From assembly GCA_965140415.1 (NCBI GenBank), contig OZ223209.1:736001-800000 (forward strand): DNA of 64,000 nt. The letters run 5' to 3'. The notes under the pieces were generated by a model. That model ran no database searches and was not told where the DNA came from. It worked only from the letters and a program-made list of their open reading frames with translations. Source of the stretch: Myxococcota bacterium. GTDB taxonomy: Bacteria > Myxococcota_A > SURF-8. How positions within the stretch are numbered: position 1 is the stretch's first letter; each line of letters starts with the position of its first letter. Positions 1-9,511 of the stretch are shown here, piece by piece. The position numbers and the translations under genes were made by a program.

Positions 1-178
1 TCATTGAGGTTGGAATAGTTTGGCAGATATCACCAAAGCTTGCAATATGAAATGGAAATTCCTAGAAATAGATCTGTTTCCACTCTTCTATTGTTCGACA
101 AAAAGTCGAACTTCAAACAGTATGAAATGTGTGGATCTTGCAAGTCAGTTGCGATCGTTTTTGTTTTCGGCTCTCGTG

Positions 179-206
179 TTGACCAGCGGACATTCCGGGG
201 TATAAT
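179..206 (+). promoter_or_regulatory. sigma70-type promoter
   Basis: TTGACC-N16-TATAAT, 32 nt upstream of the ATG at 239. Confidence 0.6.
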
Positions 207-238
207 GCCCATATCTTCAATGAGATGCGGAGACAGCC

Positions 239-1777
239 ATGCAGAGTCGAATGGGGTGGTTGGCGCTTTTTATGTTGCTGCTAGTAAGTTGCTCGGACAG
301 CGAGAACACGGTGACTCCCGGTGATGCGGATTCCGGCGACGGCGACATTGCCGATGGCGATCTGGATGCGGAAAGCGAAGAAGCCGCAGCCGTCGTCTAC
401 GATTGGCCGGACTGCTCCGAAGTGACGGGCGGAAGTAGCTTGGCGGAGAAAGCCGCTTACTTCGATCTCGTTGCCCGCGAGCAGCATTTGGCCGACGACA
501 ACCTGTTCCGCAACCTGCGTCTTAGCGAAAACCTGCAACAAGTCGAAGCCTGGTATCATGTGGAAAACGTGATTTTGTGGAGCGGTATGTACTTGGGCTC
601 GCAGGCGTTGCGCTATGCCGTCACGCATGAAACCGAGGCGCTGGAAAACGCCCGCAGGGTGGTGGACGGCTTACACGAACTGACGCTCGTTACCGGTAAA
701 AGCGGGTTGTACGGTCGCTCGTTAAACGATCCGTCGGTTTCCTACACGCACAGTTTCGATCCGGCGGAGCATTCCGGTTGGTCCCATTCTCCCGCCGCAG
801 GGTATGAAGGCTTCACCTTCCGCAATGATGTCAGTAAAGACGGCTATGCGGGGTTGATTTTTGGGTACGCCCTGGCGCTGGAGCATTTCGACGACGAAAC
901 CCTGCTTAGTGACGTGCGGCAGCGTTTGCGCGAAATTGCCGATCACATCGTTTCCAACGGTTTACAAATTATCGACATCAGCGGGTTCGTCACCGAGCAT
1001 GGCCGCCTGTTCCACTCCGCGCTGGACGACTGGCCCGGCTTCAATGCGCTGCTGGCTTCAAGCTGGATCAAGATCGCAGAAACGGAATTGGACGATGCCG
1101 AGCTGGAAGATTTTTATTACGGCTGCCTGATGGGAATGCGGGAGAAGGACGATTGCCCGGAGATCGAAGACAAGCTTGGCATCGCCGCCTTCGAGCTAAG
1201 CACCTACATCGACAGCATGGAAAAGCACCTGTACCTCTTTCAAGCCAACTGCAAGGAAAACTACGACAACTTCGACATGTGCTATCAGGCCATCTATCCG
1301 CTTTTGCGGCGCGAGAAAGATCCCGAGTTGAAAGAGCGTTTATTGTGGGTGCTGCGTAACAACATGTTCCACACCGAAGATCCCACCTATCGCAGCCTGG
1401 CCCCATACGGAAACAGCTTTTTCACCTTTGCCTATGCCGGGTTAACCGGGGACGATCCCGCTACCGATACCATGCTCTACGATGCGGTGAACAAGGCGAT
1501 TTGCACCATGAAGGAATTCCCGGAGCGAAAATACGAACGCGCCATTTCTGCGAGCACCCAAGCGGTGCAATGCGAAAGCCGGTTAAGCCATCCCCGCGCT
1601 GCCGAACCCCTGCCGCTGGCCGAGTATCCCTTCGACAACTACCTGTGGCGGCTGGATTTCTATGAAATGGTAGAGGAAGACATCCAGGAAAATCAGCGCA
1701 AGGTCTATTCGCCGGAAGATTACCTGATCGCCTACTGGCTGGGTCGCTATCACGGCATTCTGGATGAAAGCCTGTAA
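239..1777 (+). CDS. Lipoprotein of unknown function (probable helical-barrel enzyme), tandem paralogue 1
   Basis: 512-aa ORF; GGAGA RBS; hydrophobic signal ending LVS-C; acidic DGD tether; conserved-looking motifs ENVILWSGMYL, DVSKDGYAG, DYLIAYWLGRY. Confidence 0.85.
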   Translation: MQSRMGWLALFMLLLVSCSDSENTVTPGDADSGDGDIADGDLDAESEEAAAVVYDWPDCSEVTGGSSLAEKAAYFDLVAREQHLADDNLFRNLRLSENLQQVEAWYHVENVILWSGMYLGSQALRYAVTHETEALENARRVVDGLHELTLVTGKSGLYGRSLNDPSVSYTHSFDPAEHSGWSHSPAAGYEGFTFRNDVSKDGYAGLIFGYALALEHFDDETLLSDVRQRLREIADHIVSNGLQIIDISGFVTEHGRLFHSALDDWPGFNALLASSWIKIAETELDDAELEDFYYGCLMGMREKDDCPEIEDKLGIAAFELSTYIDSMEKHLYLFQANCKENYDNFDMCYQAIYPLLRREKDPELKERLLWVLRNNMFHTEDPTYRSLAPYGNSFFTFAYAGLTGDDPATDTMLYDAVNKAICTMKEFPERKYERAISASTQAVQCESRLSHPRAAEPLPLAEYPFDNYLWRLDFYEMVEEDIQENQRKVYSPEDYLIAYWLGRYHGILDESL

Positions 1778-1802
1778 AGGATCAGTGGAAACGGAGAAAA
1801 CG

Positions 1803-3341
1803 ATGTTCGTCCGCTTGATGTGGTTGATGCTGTTTGTCCTGTTGCTAGTAAGTTGCTCGGACAGCGATAACACGGTGACTCCCGGTGATGCGGATTCCGG
1901 CGATGGCGACATTGCCGATGGCGATCTGGATGCGGAAAACGAAGAAGCCCCACCTGTCGTTTACGATTGGCCGGACTGCTCCGAAGTGACGGGCGGAAGT
2001 AGTTTGGCGGAAAAAGCCGCCTACTTCGATCTCGTTGCCCGCGAGCAGCATTTGGCCGACGATAACCTGTTCCGTAACCTGCGTCTCAGTGAAGATCTGC
2101 AACAAGTCGAAGCCTGGTATCATGTGGAAAACGTGATTTTGTGGAGCGGTATGTACCTGGCCACACAGGCGTTGCGCTATGCGGTCACACACGAAACGGA
2201 GGCGCTGGAAAACGCCCGCAGAGTAGTGGAAGGTTTGCACGACCTGACGCTCGTTACCGGTAAAAGCGGGTTGTATGGTCGCTCGTTAAACGATCCATCC
2301 GTTTCCTACACACACAGTTTCGATCCGGCGGAAAATCCCGGCTGGTCCCATTCTCCCGCCACAGGGTATGAAGGCTTCACCTTCCGTAACGATGTCAGCC
2401 AGGATGGCTACGCGGGTTTGATGTTCGGTTATGCGATGGCCATGGAGCATTTCGACGACGAGCCCCTGCTTGCCGATATCCGAGAGCGCCTGCGGGAAAT
2501 CGCCGACCACTTCGTTTCCAACGGCCTGCAACTCATCGACATCGATGGCCTCGTCACCGAGCATGGCCGCCTGTTCCACTCCGCGATGGATAATTGGCCC
2601 GGCTTCAATGCGCTGCTGGCTTCAAGCTGGATCAAGGTCGCCGCAACGGCATTGGACGATGCCGAACTGGATGATTTCTATTATGGTTGCCTGATGGAAA
2701 TGCGCGAAAAGGACGACTGCCCGCAGATCGAAGATGAGCTTGGCATCGCCGCTTTCGATCTGACTACCTACATCGACAGCATGGAAAAACACCTGTACCT
2801 CTTCATCCCCAACTGCAAGGAAAACTACGACAACTTCGACATGTGTTATCAGGCGTTCTATCCGCTTTGGCGGCGCGAGAAAGATCCCGAGTTGAAAGAA
2901 CGGCTGCTATGGGTGCTGCGCAATAACATGTTTCATACCGAAGATCCCTCCTTTCGCAGTCTAGCCCCTTTCGGTAACAGCTTTTTCACCTTCGCTTATG
3001 CCGGGTTGACGGGGGACGATCCCGCTACTGATACCATGCTCTACGATGCGGTCAATAAAGCCGTTTGCACCATGAAGGAATTCCCGGAGCGAAAAATCCA
3101 ACGAGCCATCTCGGCGAGCACCCAAGCGGTGCAATGCAAGAGCCGGCTAAGCAATCCCCGCGCCGCCGAACCCCTGCCTCTGGCCGAGTATCCCTTCGAC
3201 AACTACCTGTGGCGACTGGATTTCTACGAAATGGTAGAGGAGGATATCCCGGAAGATCAACGCATGATCTACTCGCCGGAAGATTACCTGATCGCCTACT
3301 GGCTGGGTCGCTATCACGGCATTCTGGACGAAAGCCTGTAA
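1803..3341 (+). CDS. Lipoprotein of unknown function, tandem paralogue 2
   Basis: Colinear high-identity copy of 239..1777; ATG at 1803 follows GGAGA (ORF-track start 1764 is probably too early). Confidence 0.85.
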   Translation: MFVRLMWLMLFVLLLVSCSDSDNTVTPGDADSGDGDIADGDLDAENEEAPPVVYDWPDCSEVTGGSSLAEKAAYFDLVAREQHLADDNLFRNLRLSEDLQQVEAWYHVENVILWSGMYLATQALRYAVTHETEALENARRVVEGLHDLTLVTGKSGLYGRSLNDPSVSYTHSFDPAENPGWSHSPATGYEGFTFRNDVSQDGYAGLMFGYAMAMEHFDDEPLLADIRERLREIADHFVSNGLQLIDIDGLVTEHGRLFHSAMDNWPGFNALLASSWIKVAATALDDAELDDFYYGCLMEMREKDDCPQIEDELGIAAFDLTTYIDSMEKHLYLFIPNCKENYDNFDMCYQAFYPLWRREKDPELKERLLWVLRNNMFHTEDPSFRSLAPFGNSFFTFAYAGLTGDDPATDTMLYDAVNKAVCTMKEFPERKIQRAISASTQAVQCKSRLSNPRAAEPLPLAEYPFDNYLWRLDFYEMVEEDIPEDQRMIYSPEDYLIAYWLGRYHGILDESL

Positions 3342-3494
3342 GAATGCTCCTACAATTCTTCGATCGAGGGCCTTTCGCCACCTTTGACAAACGAGTAATA
3401 AATTGCGGCGCAGCCTGGAATATGGTAAAAATATAAGCTCATTACAGGAACATGGGTGCCAATAACCCTTTCAAGAAAACAAAAGAGGTCTACT

Positions 3495-3965
3495 GTGAGC
3501 GAAAAAGATTTCGAAACCTTACGGGAGTTTTTGGAAGAGCGCGACGTGTCCATTCGGGCCGCCAAACCGTTGAAGAAACACACCCTGATCGGAATGACAA
3601 TCGTAGGCGATCCGGAACCCTATCACGTTTCTCGCGAAGATGGAAAAACCCATCTCAATCACGGTGCGCCTCCTAAAGATCCGCATCTCAGTTTCACCAT
3701 CAGCTCGGCGGCCATCGAACGCTTAAAGAACTTCGAATCGAACAGCATCGGCGAATTCGGCGTGGAATTCTTCAAGATCATGGTTTCGAAAAACGAAGAC
3801 CAGATTCTCGAAGTCAAATTGAATACGGGCTTTTTGGGTTTGACCGGTATTGGCGTGTTCGGAATTCTGGCTTCGGGCGGACCGTCGGTTATGGCATTTC
3901 TGGCCAGGCAGGGATTCAAGAGCCTGGGAGACATTCGCAAGGCGCTAAAGAAGATGCGCGGCTAA
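3495..3965 (+). CDS. Hypothetical protein (possibly SCP2/sterol-carrier-like fold)
   Basis: GTG after AAGAGG; upstream TTGCGG-N17-TAAAAT (3403-3431); fold guess is weak. Confidence 0.65.
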   Translation: MSEKDFETLREFLEERDVSIRAAKPLKKHTLIGMTIVGDPEPYHVSREDGKTHLNHGAPPKDPHLSFTISSAAIERLKNFESNSIGEFGVEFFKIMVSKNEDQILEVKLNTGFLGLTGIGVFGILASGGPSVMAFLARQGFKSLGDIRKALKKMRG

Positions 3966-4002
3966 GCAACGCTACACAACACCTCCAGATGGAGTCTTTG
4001 GA

Positions 4003-6273
4003 ATGGGTGCATCTAAATTGTTGATAATCGACGGCGATCGTAGTTTCGCGGAAAACGTCGTCAACCAGTTGGGCGGTGGAAACGTCGAGATCACCTGGAC
4101 CGGAACAGCGCAACAGGGCAAAGAAACCGCTTTAGCCTGGAAACCGGACATCATCGTAGTGGATGTGGATCTTCCCGATCAGAACGGATTCGCGCTGTTT
4201 GGAGCATTGAAGAAAAACAAAACACTCAAGGGTGTCAGCTTCACGATTACGGCTAGCGATGTCGAACCCGAGACATTTAAGAATCATAAAAAATTAAAAC
4301 GCCATGCGGATCTGTATCTGGAAAAACCGCTGACGGTAGAGGCGTTCTGCTTCGAGCTAGGCCGCGCGTTTGATATTTCTTTTACACCGACTTCAGTTGC
4401 CGTCAGTGATGACGACGTGTTGGGTGAATTGGATAGTCTGCTCGATCCGGTCCAGATCGATACCGATGTGAACGAGATGACTCCGGAAGACGAAGCGGAG
4501 CTGGCGGAACTGGATCAGATGCTGGGTGCGGAACCGGTTGAACAGGCTCCCCCACCGCCGCCACAACCCACGCGGGATGCAGAGCCGGAGTTGGACGATC
4601 TATCCGATCTGCCGCCCTTGCCCGATCTTCCCGAATTGGAAGGTGCTGGGCAGGAAGATTCCGAAGCAACCGTTTCGTTTGAAGAAAGCGTTGCGGCTGC
4701 CGATGCCGATACCGAGGAAGAACTGGAAGAATTGGAAGAGCTGGAAGCCGAAAGCGAACCAGAGCTGATCGATGAAGCCGAAGCTCCGCAACAGGAGCAA
4801 GAACAGGCACCGGTTGATGACGATGAGCTGCTGGAAGCTGCGGTGGACTTGGATCAGGATAAGGTTGACATCGCGGAAGCGGATGCGGGTCTGGAAGACG
4901 ATCTGGACCAGGCGCTTTCTTCTGCTCGTGATGTTCCCGACCCGTCTTCCATCGAAAGTCTGCTTACGGAAGAAACGCACGAAGAAGCGTTGGACGATCT
5001 ATTGGACGACAGCGTTCCGATCGTGGAGCCGTTTGATTTCTCCGGCAAGATGGAACAGTCTTTAGAAAGCGGTCTGGCCGAAAACCTGCAAAGCGTCAAC
5101 CTGGAAAGTGCATTGCCCGATGAAATCAAGAACGTCATCGACCGCATGCAGTTTGACCAGAACGAAGACGATATCTCGAAGCTGGCCAAGTTGACCCTGG
5201 AATTGGAGACGACGCGCCAGAAGCGCGAGATGGATCGCGCCGAAGCGCAGAAGTCGCATCAGCAGGAACTGGAAATCGTTTCCTCGCATATGCAAAGTCT
5301 GCGCGAAGAAAAGGAATCGCTCACCGAAACGGTTGCCAAGCTGCAAGCGACGGTGAACGACAGCGAAGAAATGGCGCGCCTGAAGGCGGAAGAAGCGTCT
5401 CGCGCCTGGAAGAGGGTGGAGCAGGCCGAAGCGTCGTTGGAGGAAAAGGAAAAAGAGCTTCTGAATCTGAACTCCGAAATCGAGCGCAAATCGCAGCTGA
5501 ACGAGGAAAGTTCGGAAAAGGAAGTGGCGCTGCGAACGGAATTGGAAAGCGCCAAAAGCAAGCTAAGCCGCATGCAGGAAGAATGGGAGGCCGAGAAAAA
5601 CGATCTCTACGAAGAAGCCGACCGTTTAACCAAAACCGTGGAAGGGCTGGAACAACGTCTGGAGCAGCAGCAGGAAACATCCTCGCAAGCAGAGACCGAA
5701 AAGCAGCAGAAACTGGAGCAGGTGCAGGCCGAACTGGAAGAAAAACAACAACTGCTCGCCGAACGCGAACGGGATATCGAGCAACTGCAAGGCAATCTAG
5801 CCGAAAGTATGCAGCAGGCGGAAGAGCAGCAGCAAGAGAAATTGCAGCAGTTAACGGCGCAAGTCGAGCAACTGCAAGAGCAGTTGGCCAAGCGCGAGAC
5901 GGAAATTGGCGAACGTCTAGAGGCGCACGAGACGGAAAAAGAAGAATCCGAGACGCGCATCAAGCAGCTTCAGGATGACGTACAGCGCCTTTCCGCTATG
6001 GCGGACAAGCTGGAAACAGTCGAAAAAGAGCTGGGCGATACCAAGGTTCGTTTGGAAGATACCGAGCGGGAGCGGGATGAGATTCAGAGCGAGTCGGCCA
6101 AACGAATCGAGGAATTGGAGCATGAAACCGAGCGGCTTTCCGAAATGAATCGGCGCAATGAGGAGCGTATCATCAAGGCGTACCGTAAAATCAAGGCGGA
6201 TGCCAAAATGCAGAAACGATCCGAAGAAGCCTTGCAGATCGCGCTGGATATCATCCGCAAGGACAAAGAGTAG
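4003..6273 (+). CDS. FrzS-like protein: receiver domain, acidic/Pro linker, long coiled coil
   Basis: Receiver segment QNGF..LKK..LK..HKKLKRHADLYLEKP resembles M. xanthus FrzS as recalled; C-terminal EERIIKAYRKIKAD..ALQIAL tail; heptad-rich E/Q/K region. Confidence 0.8.
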   Translation: MGASKLLIIDGDRSFAENVVNQLGGGNVEITWTGTAQQGKETALAWKPDIIVVDVDLPDQNGFALFGALKKNKTLKGVSFTITASDVEPETFKNHKKLKRHADLYLEKPLTVEAFCFELGRAFDISFTPTSVAVSDDDVLGELDSLLDPVQIDTDVNEMTPEDEAELAELDQMLGAEPVEQAPPPPPQPTRDAEPELDDLSDLPPLPDLPELEGAGQEDSEATVSFEESVAAADADTEEELEELEELEAESEPELIDEAEAPQQEQEQAPVDDDELLEAAVDLDQDKVDIAEADAGLEDDLDQALSSARDVPDPSSIESLLTEETHEEALDDLLDDSVPIVEPFDFSGKMEQSLESGLAENLQSVNLESALPDEIKNVIDRMQFDQNEDDISKLAKLTLELETTRQKREMDRAEAQKSHQQELEIVSSHMQSLREEKESLTETVAKLQATVNDSEEMARLKAEEASRAWKRVEQAEASLEEKEKELLNLNSEIERKSQLNEESSEKEVALRTELESAKSKLSRMQEEWEAEKNDLYEEADRLTKTVEGLEQRLEQQQETSSQAETEKQQKLEQVQAELEEKQQLLAERERDIEQLQGNLAESMQQAEEQQQEKLQQLTAQVEQLQEQLAKRETEIGERLEAHETEKEESETRIKQLQDDVQRLSAMADKLETVEKELGDTKVRLEDTERERDEIQSESAKRIEELEHETERLSEMNRRNEERIIKAYRKIKADAKMQKRSEEALQIALDIIRKDKE

Positions 6274-6289
6274 TCTCAGGCAGAAAATC

Positions 6290-6493
6290 TTAACCGGGTT
6301 CGCACAATCCCTGTTGATTGCATATCAGCGTTTCGCCCAACGGCTGCGGACAATCCGAACCGGTTTCACATGCGGCGATACAGATTTTTTCTCCACTTAG
6401 AGAAGGACGACACACACAGCCCAGGCGCGCTCCCGGTGGGCATTGGAGCCTCCATATCGAAAGTTCGTCCCATCTATAGGCACTATTACTCAT
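6290..6493 (-). pseudogene. 3' remnant of a Cys-rich secreted protein gene
   Basis: CPPGARLGCVC..CIAACETGSDCP..LICNQQGLC* has the Cys spacing of myxobacterial repeats; no signal peptide; 5' part runs into repeat A1. Confidence 0.45.
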
Positions 6494-6516
6494 TTCTGTC
6501 CATCAAGTACTCATGA

Positions 6517-6617
6517 TGTGCCATGGTCTCACGGAATGGAAATTCCGGGAGGCCGTGTGTATCTTATTGAAAGCACACAGCCTTCCATGATCTTCGATCG
6601 CGTAAGATTATGGCACA
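6517..6617. repeat. Family A REP doublet (REPIN-like), copy A1
   Basis: Inverted pair of TGTGCCATRRTCTYACG-[hairpin]-GGRAGGCYGTGTG; 96/101 identical to 24091-24191; looser similarity extends over ~6472-6650. Confidence 0.85.
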
Positions 6618-6711
6618 ACTTCCTGGAATCGGTGGCTAAAAACGACTAATACCTAGTCTAAAAGCTAAGAGTAGTGAGCGTTTGCAAAGTAAAGGTGTCC
6701 TTCTGCGCTTT

Positions 6712-6741
6712 GTAAAGGAATTGTAATTTTTCGTAAGTAAG
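6712..6741 (+). promoter_or_regulatory. Putative CpxR/OmpR-type direct-repeat box
   Basis: GTAAA-N6-GTAAT-N5-GTAAG, ~100 nt upstream of an OmpR-family regulator. Confidence 0.5.
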
Positions 6742-6832
6742 CGTTTTGTGATAAACTTTGGCCGTTTTCGTATTACACTATCAAAAAGGCTGCATCATTC
6801 GTTTCCTGTGAGATAAAGAGGATCGTAACCCT

Positions 6833-7543
6833 ATGGAATCACAGCGTATATTAATCATCGACGACGATCTCAAGTTGTGCCGTCTGTTAAGCGATTACCT
6901 GCAACCGCTGGGTTATATTACCGAATCGGTTCATACAGGCCCGGATGGTTTGGAAAAAGCGGTGCAAAAAGACTGGGACGCCATCATTCTCGATGTCATG
7001 TTGCCCGGCATGGATGGCTTCGAGGTATTGCGTGGCATTCGCAAATCCAGCGACGTGCCGGTCTTGATGCTGACGACGCGCGGCGATGAAATGGATCGCA
7101 TCGTCGGATTGGAAATGGGGGCGGACGATTATCTACCCAAAACCTTTTCCACCCGCGAATTGCTGGCGCGTCTTCGCGCCGTGACGCGTCGTACTTCCGT
7201 GCGACAGGCAGCGGTCAAAGACGCTGAAATCCAAGCAATCGTAATACGCGATCTGCGGATCGATCCCGCAACCCGCACGGCTTTTCTGGCGGAGCAGGCG
7301 TTAGATCTGACGCCGTTGGAATTCGATCTTCTGCTGGCGATGATGCAATCCGCCGGTCGGGTGGTTTCGCGCGACTCTCTGCTGGATCAGGTTTCCGGAC
7401 GCGATTACGAAGTGTTCGATCGTTCCATTGACGTTCACGTTTCTTCCCTGCGACGAAAACTGGGAGATACTCCCCGTCAACCGAGTTATATCAAAACCGT
7501 GCGCACGGTGGGTTACATGTTGATGGACGAATCCCCGAAATAG
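6833..7543 (+). CDS. OmpR/CpxR-family response regulator
   Basis: IIDDD, LDVMLP, GADDYLPK receiver; winged helix DRSIDVHVSSLRRKL..IKTVRTVGY. Confidence 0.95.
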   Translation: MESQRILIIDDDLKLCRLLSDYLQPLGYITESVHTGPDGLEKAVQKDWDAIILDVMLPGMDGFEVLRGIRKSSDVPVLMLTTRGDEMDRIVGLEMGADDYLPKTFSTRELLARLRAVTRRTSVRQAAVKDAEIQAIVIRDLRIDPATRTAFLAEQALDLTPLEFDLLLAMMQSAGRVVSRDSLLDQVSGRDYEVFDRSIDVHVSSLRRKLGDTPRQPSYIKTVRTVGYMLMDESPK

Positions 7544-7553
7544 CGAGCTGTCG

Positions 7554-9071
7554 ATGAGTTTGTTTGCGAAAATCCTGCTCTGGTTCTGGATCAGCCTGCT
7601 GGTACTGGCCGGATTTTTTATGGTGATGATCAGCCTGCAATTCCAACTGCCGCTGATGCCGCAATTCGCCTTTGCCTCCAGTGGCAAACTGCAACTTATC
7701 GAACGCCAGATCGCCATTGAGCTAAGCGACTCCCCCAGGTATTCCTGGGATAATATTCTAAAAGAGTTCGGCAACCTGCACGGCGTGTCATTCGTTCTGA
7801 CCAGTGTCGAAGGGCAGCGGATGGCCGGATTTCCTCAGCAACTTCCGGAAGAGATCCGCTTCTTGCTTACCAAGCAGTTTCATCTTCAACCGCCTCCGGC
7901 GACGAATAACGATTTACCTCCAGAGGATGAATTCGCGCCGCCTCCGCCACCGCCTGGAGCGATGTTCCCAAAAACGAGTGGGTCGATAAGACCACCCAGA
8001 CGTGCAGGCGGAGAAAATGCGCCTGAAGCAAATCGTGCGCTAAAAGGCGGCTTTTTATTCGAGTACACCCAGAAGCCTTCGCTATATTGGTTCGGGTTGC
8101 GAACCTTGATTTGGATCGACAGGGGTCATCCCATTCACGCCATCTTGCTGGCGTCATCGGATTCGATGACCGGAAACGGCTTGTTTTTCGATCTGCATCC
8201 CTGGTTGCCTCTGCTTCTTTTATGTCTGCTATTGGCGATTCTAATGTGGCTGCCTTTCGCGCGCCGCTTGACTCGTCGTATCAGCCGCATGATGACTGCC
8301 GCCGAAACAATCGGCAAAGGACATTTCGATGTAGAAGTAAAGGAAAAAGGTTCCGACGAACTGGCGCGGCTGGCGCAGGCGATCAATGTAATGGCGCAAA
8401 AGTTAAACGGATACGTTCACGGTCAAAAGCGCTTTCTCGGCGATATCGCCCACGAACTGGGTTCGCCCGTCGCGCGTATTCAACTCGGTCTGGGCATTCT
8501 GGAAAATCGTACTTCCGGCGAGGATCGCCAGCGCGTGAGTGACGTTTTGGAGGAAGTGGATGAATTGTCGGCGCTGGTAAACGAGCTGCTCGAATTCACT
8601 CGCGCCGATTTGAAACGCAAGCAGCTGGAGCTAGTCAAGGTTTCATTGTCGGAGGTCGTTCAGCGCGCCATGGCGCGAGAAGCGACGGGAAAAACGGTAA
8701 TACGCTGCGATGTTGAAGAAGAATTGTCCGTGTTGGGAAATATGGATTTGCTGGTGCGCGCCGTTTCGAATCTGCTAAGAAACGCTATTCGTTACGCGGG
8801 CGAAGAAAGCCCGATTCATATAGTAGCCAAGCGGCAGCACGACCGCATTTTGCTTCGCGTTCGAGATCACGGCCCCGGCGTTGCTGAAAAAGAAGTCCCG
8901 CATCTGTTCGAACCTTTCTATCGAGTCGAATCTTCTCGCAGTCGCGAAACCGGCGGTACGGGCTTGGGGCTGGCAATCGTCGCGACTTGCATGGATGCCT
9001 GCCGGGGTGAAGTCGAAGCGGCAAATCACCCGGAGGGCGGCCTGGAAGTGACGCTCGAATTCCCGGCTTGA
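7554..9071 (+). CDS. CpxA-like sensor histidine kinase (2 TM, HAMP, HisKA, HATPase)
   Basis: DIAHELGSP H-box; NLLRNAIRY; DHGPG; GGTGLGLAI; Pro-rich periplasmic region. Confidence 0.95.
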   Translation: MSLFAKILLWFWISLLVLAGFFMVMISLQFQLPLMPQFAFASSGKLQLIERQIAIELSDSPRYSWDNILKEFGNLHGVSFVLTSVEGQRMAGFPQQLPEEIRFLLTKQFHLQPPPATNNDLPPEDEFAPPPPPPGAMFPKTSGSIRPPRRAGGENAPEANRALKGGFLFEYTQKPSLYWFGLRTLIWIDRGHPIHAILLASSDSMTGNGLFFDLHPWLPLLLLCLLLAILMWLPFARRLTRRISRMMTAAETIGKGHFDVEVKEKGSDELARLAQAINVMAQKLNGYVHGQKRFLGDIAHELGSPVARIQLGLGILENRTSGEDRQRVSDVLEEVDELSALVNELLEFTRADLKRKQLELVKVSLSEVVQRAMAREATGKTVIRCDVEEELSVLGNMDLLVRAVSNLLRNAIRYAGEESPIHIVAKRQHDRILLRVRDHGPGVAEKEVPHLFEPFYRVESSRSRETGGTGLGLAIVATCMDACRGEVEAANHPEGGLEVTLEFPA

Positions 9072-9108
9072 TGAATAGAAGTATTAGAAGCAAAAAGACT
9101 GGAAATCA

Positions 9109-9428
9109 TCAAATCCGAAACGAGATTTTTGAAGTTGGACCGGAGTGATCCGCAAACCCATCTGTTTGGCCGGTAAACAACCGGTAAACGACCACTAGAA
9201 GACCGGTAAACAGCAGTTGGTTAACACAGCATCAGGGTGTGCAATGCAGCGCAATATAGCGCAACGTAACGTAAAGCAGCACCGCAGAGCTTCAGGCAGC
9301 AGAAGCGACTGTGCGTTTCGGGGCCAATAGTGGTCGTTTTGTGGTCATCTACTGCGCGTTTACGGTCCAGTACCACGCATCCGAAATCGTGAATTTGGGT
9401 GGGTTCGGCAACCTGATTTTGGATTTGA
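9109..9428. repeat. Quasi-palindromic intergenic element with 11-bp iterons and a pentamer array
   Basis: TCAAATCCRAAA inverted ends (9109-9120, 9417-9428); CCGGTAAAC 11-mers at 9170-9213; inverted array at 9328-9367; pentamers at 9240-9279. Confidence 0.6.
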
Positions 9429-9429
9429 A

Positions 9430-9493
9430 GTAGGATGGGCATTTACCATGTCCATCTCTTCGGAGTGATGGGCAAAACAGTTGCCCATCCTGC
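9430..9493. repeat. GTAG-type REP doublet
   Basis: GTAGGATGGGCATTTACCATGTCCATC and inverted GCAGGATGGGCAACTGTTTTGCCCATC. Confidence 0.75.
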
Positions 9494-9511
9494 TATGATG
9501 TAGTAATTGAA

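Noticed and set aside
6517-6617. Family A as a tRNA-like RNA or ribozyme
   Set aside because: It can be drawn as a cloverleaf, but has no TTCRA T-loop, CCA end or hammerhead core; two inverted REPs explain the pairing
9170-9367. CRISPR array
   Set aside because: Units are 5-11 bp and contiguous, with no unique spacers and no cas genes
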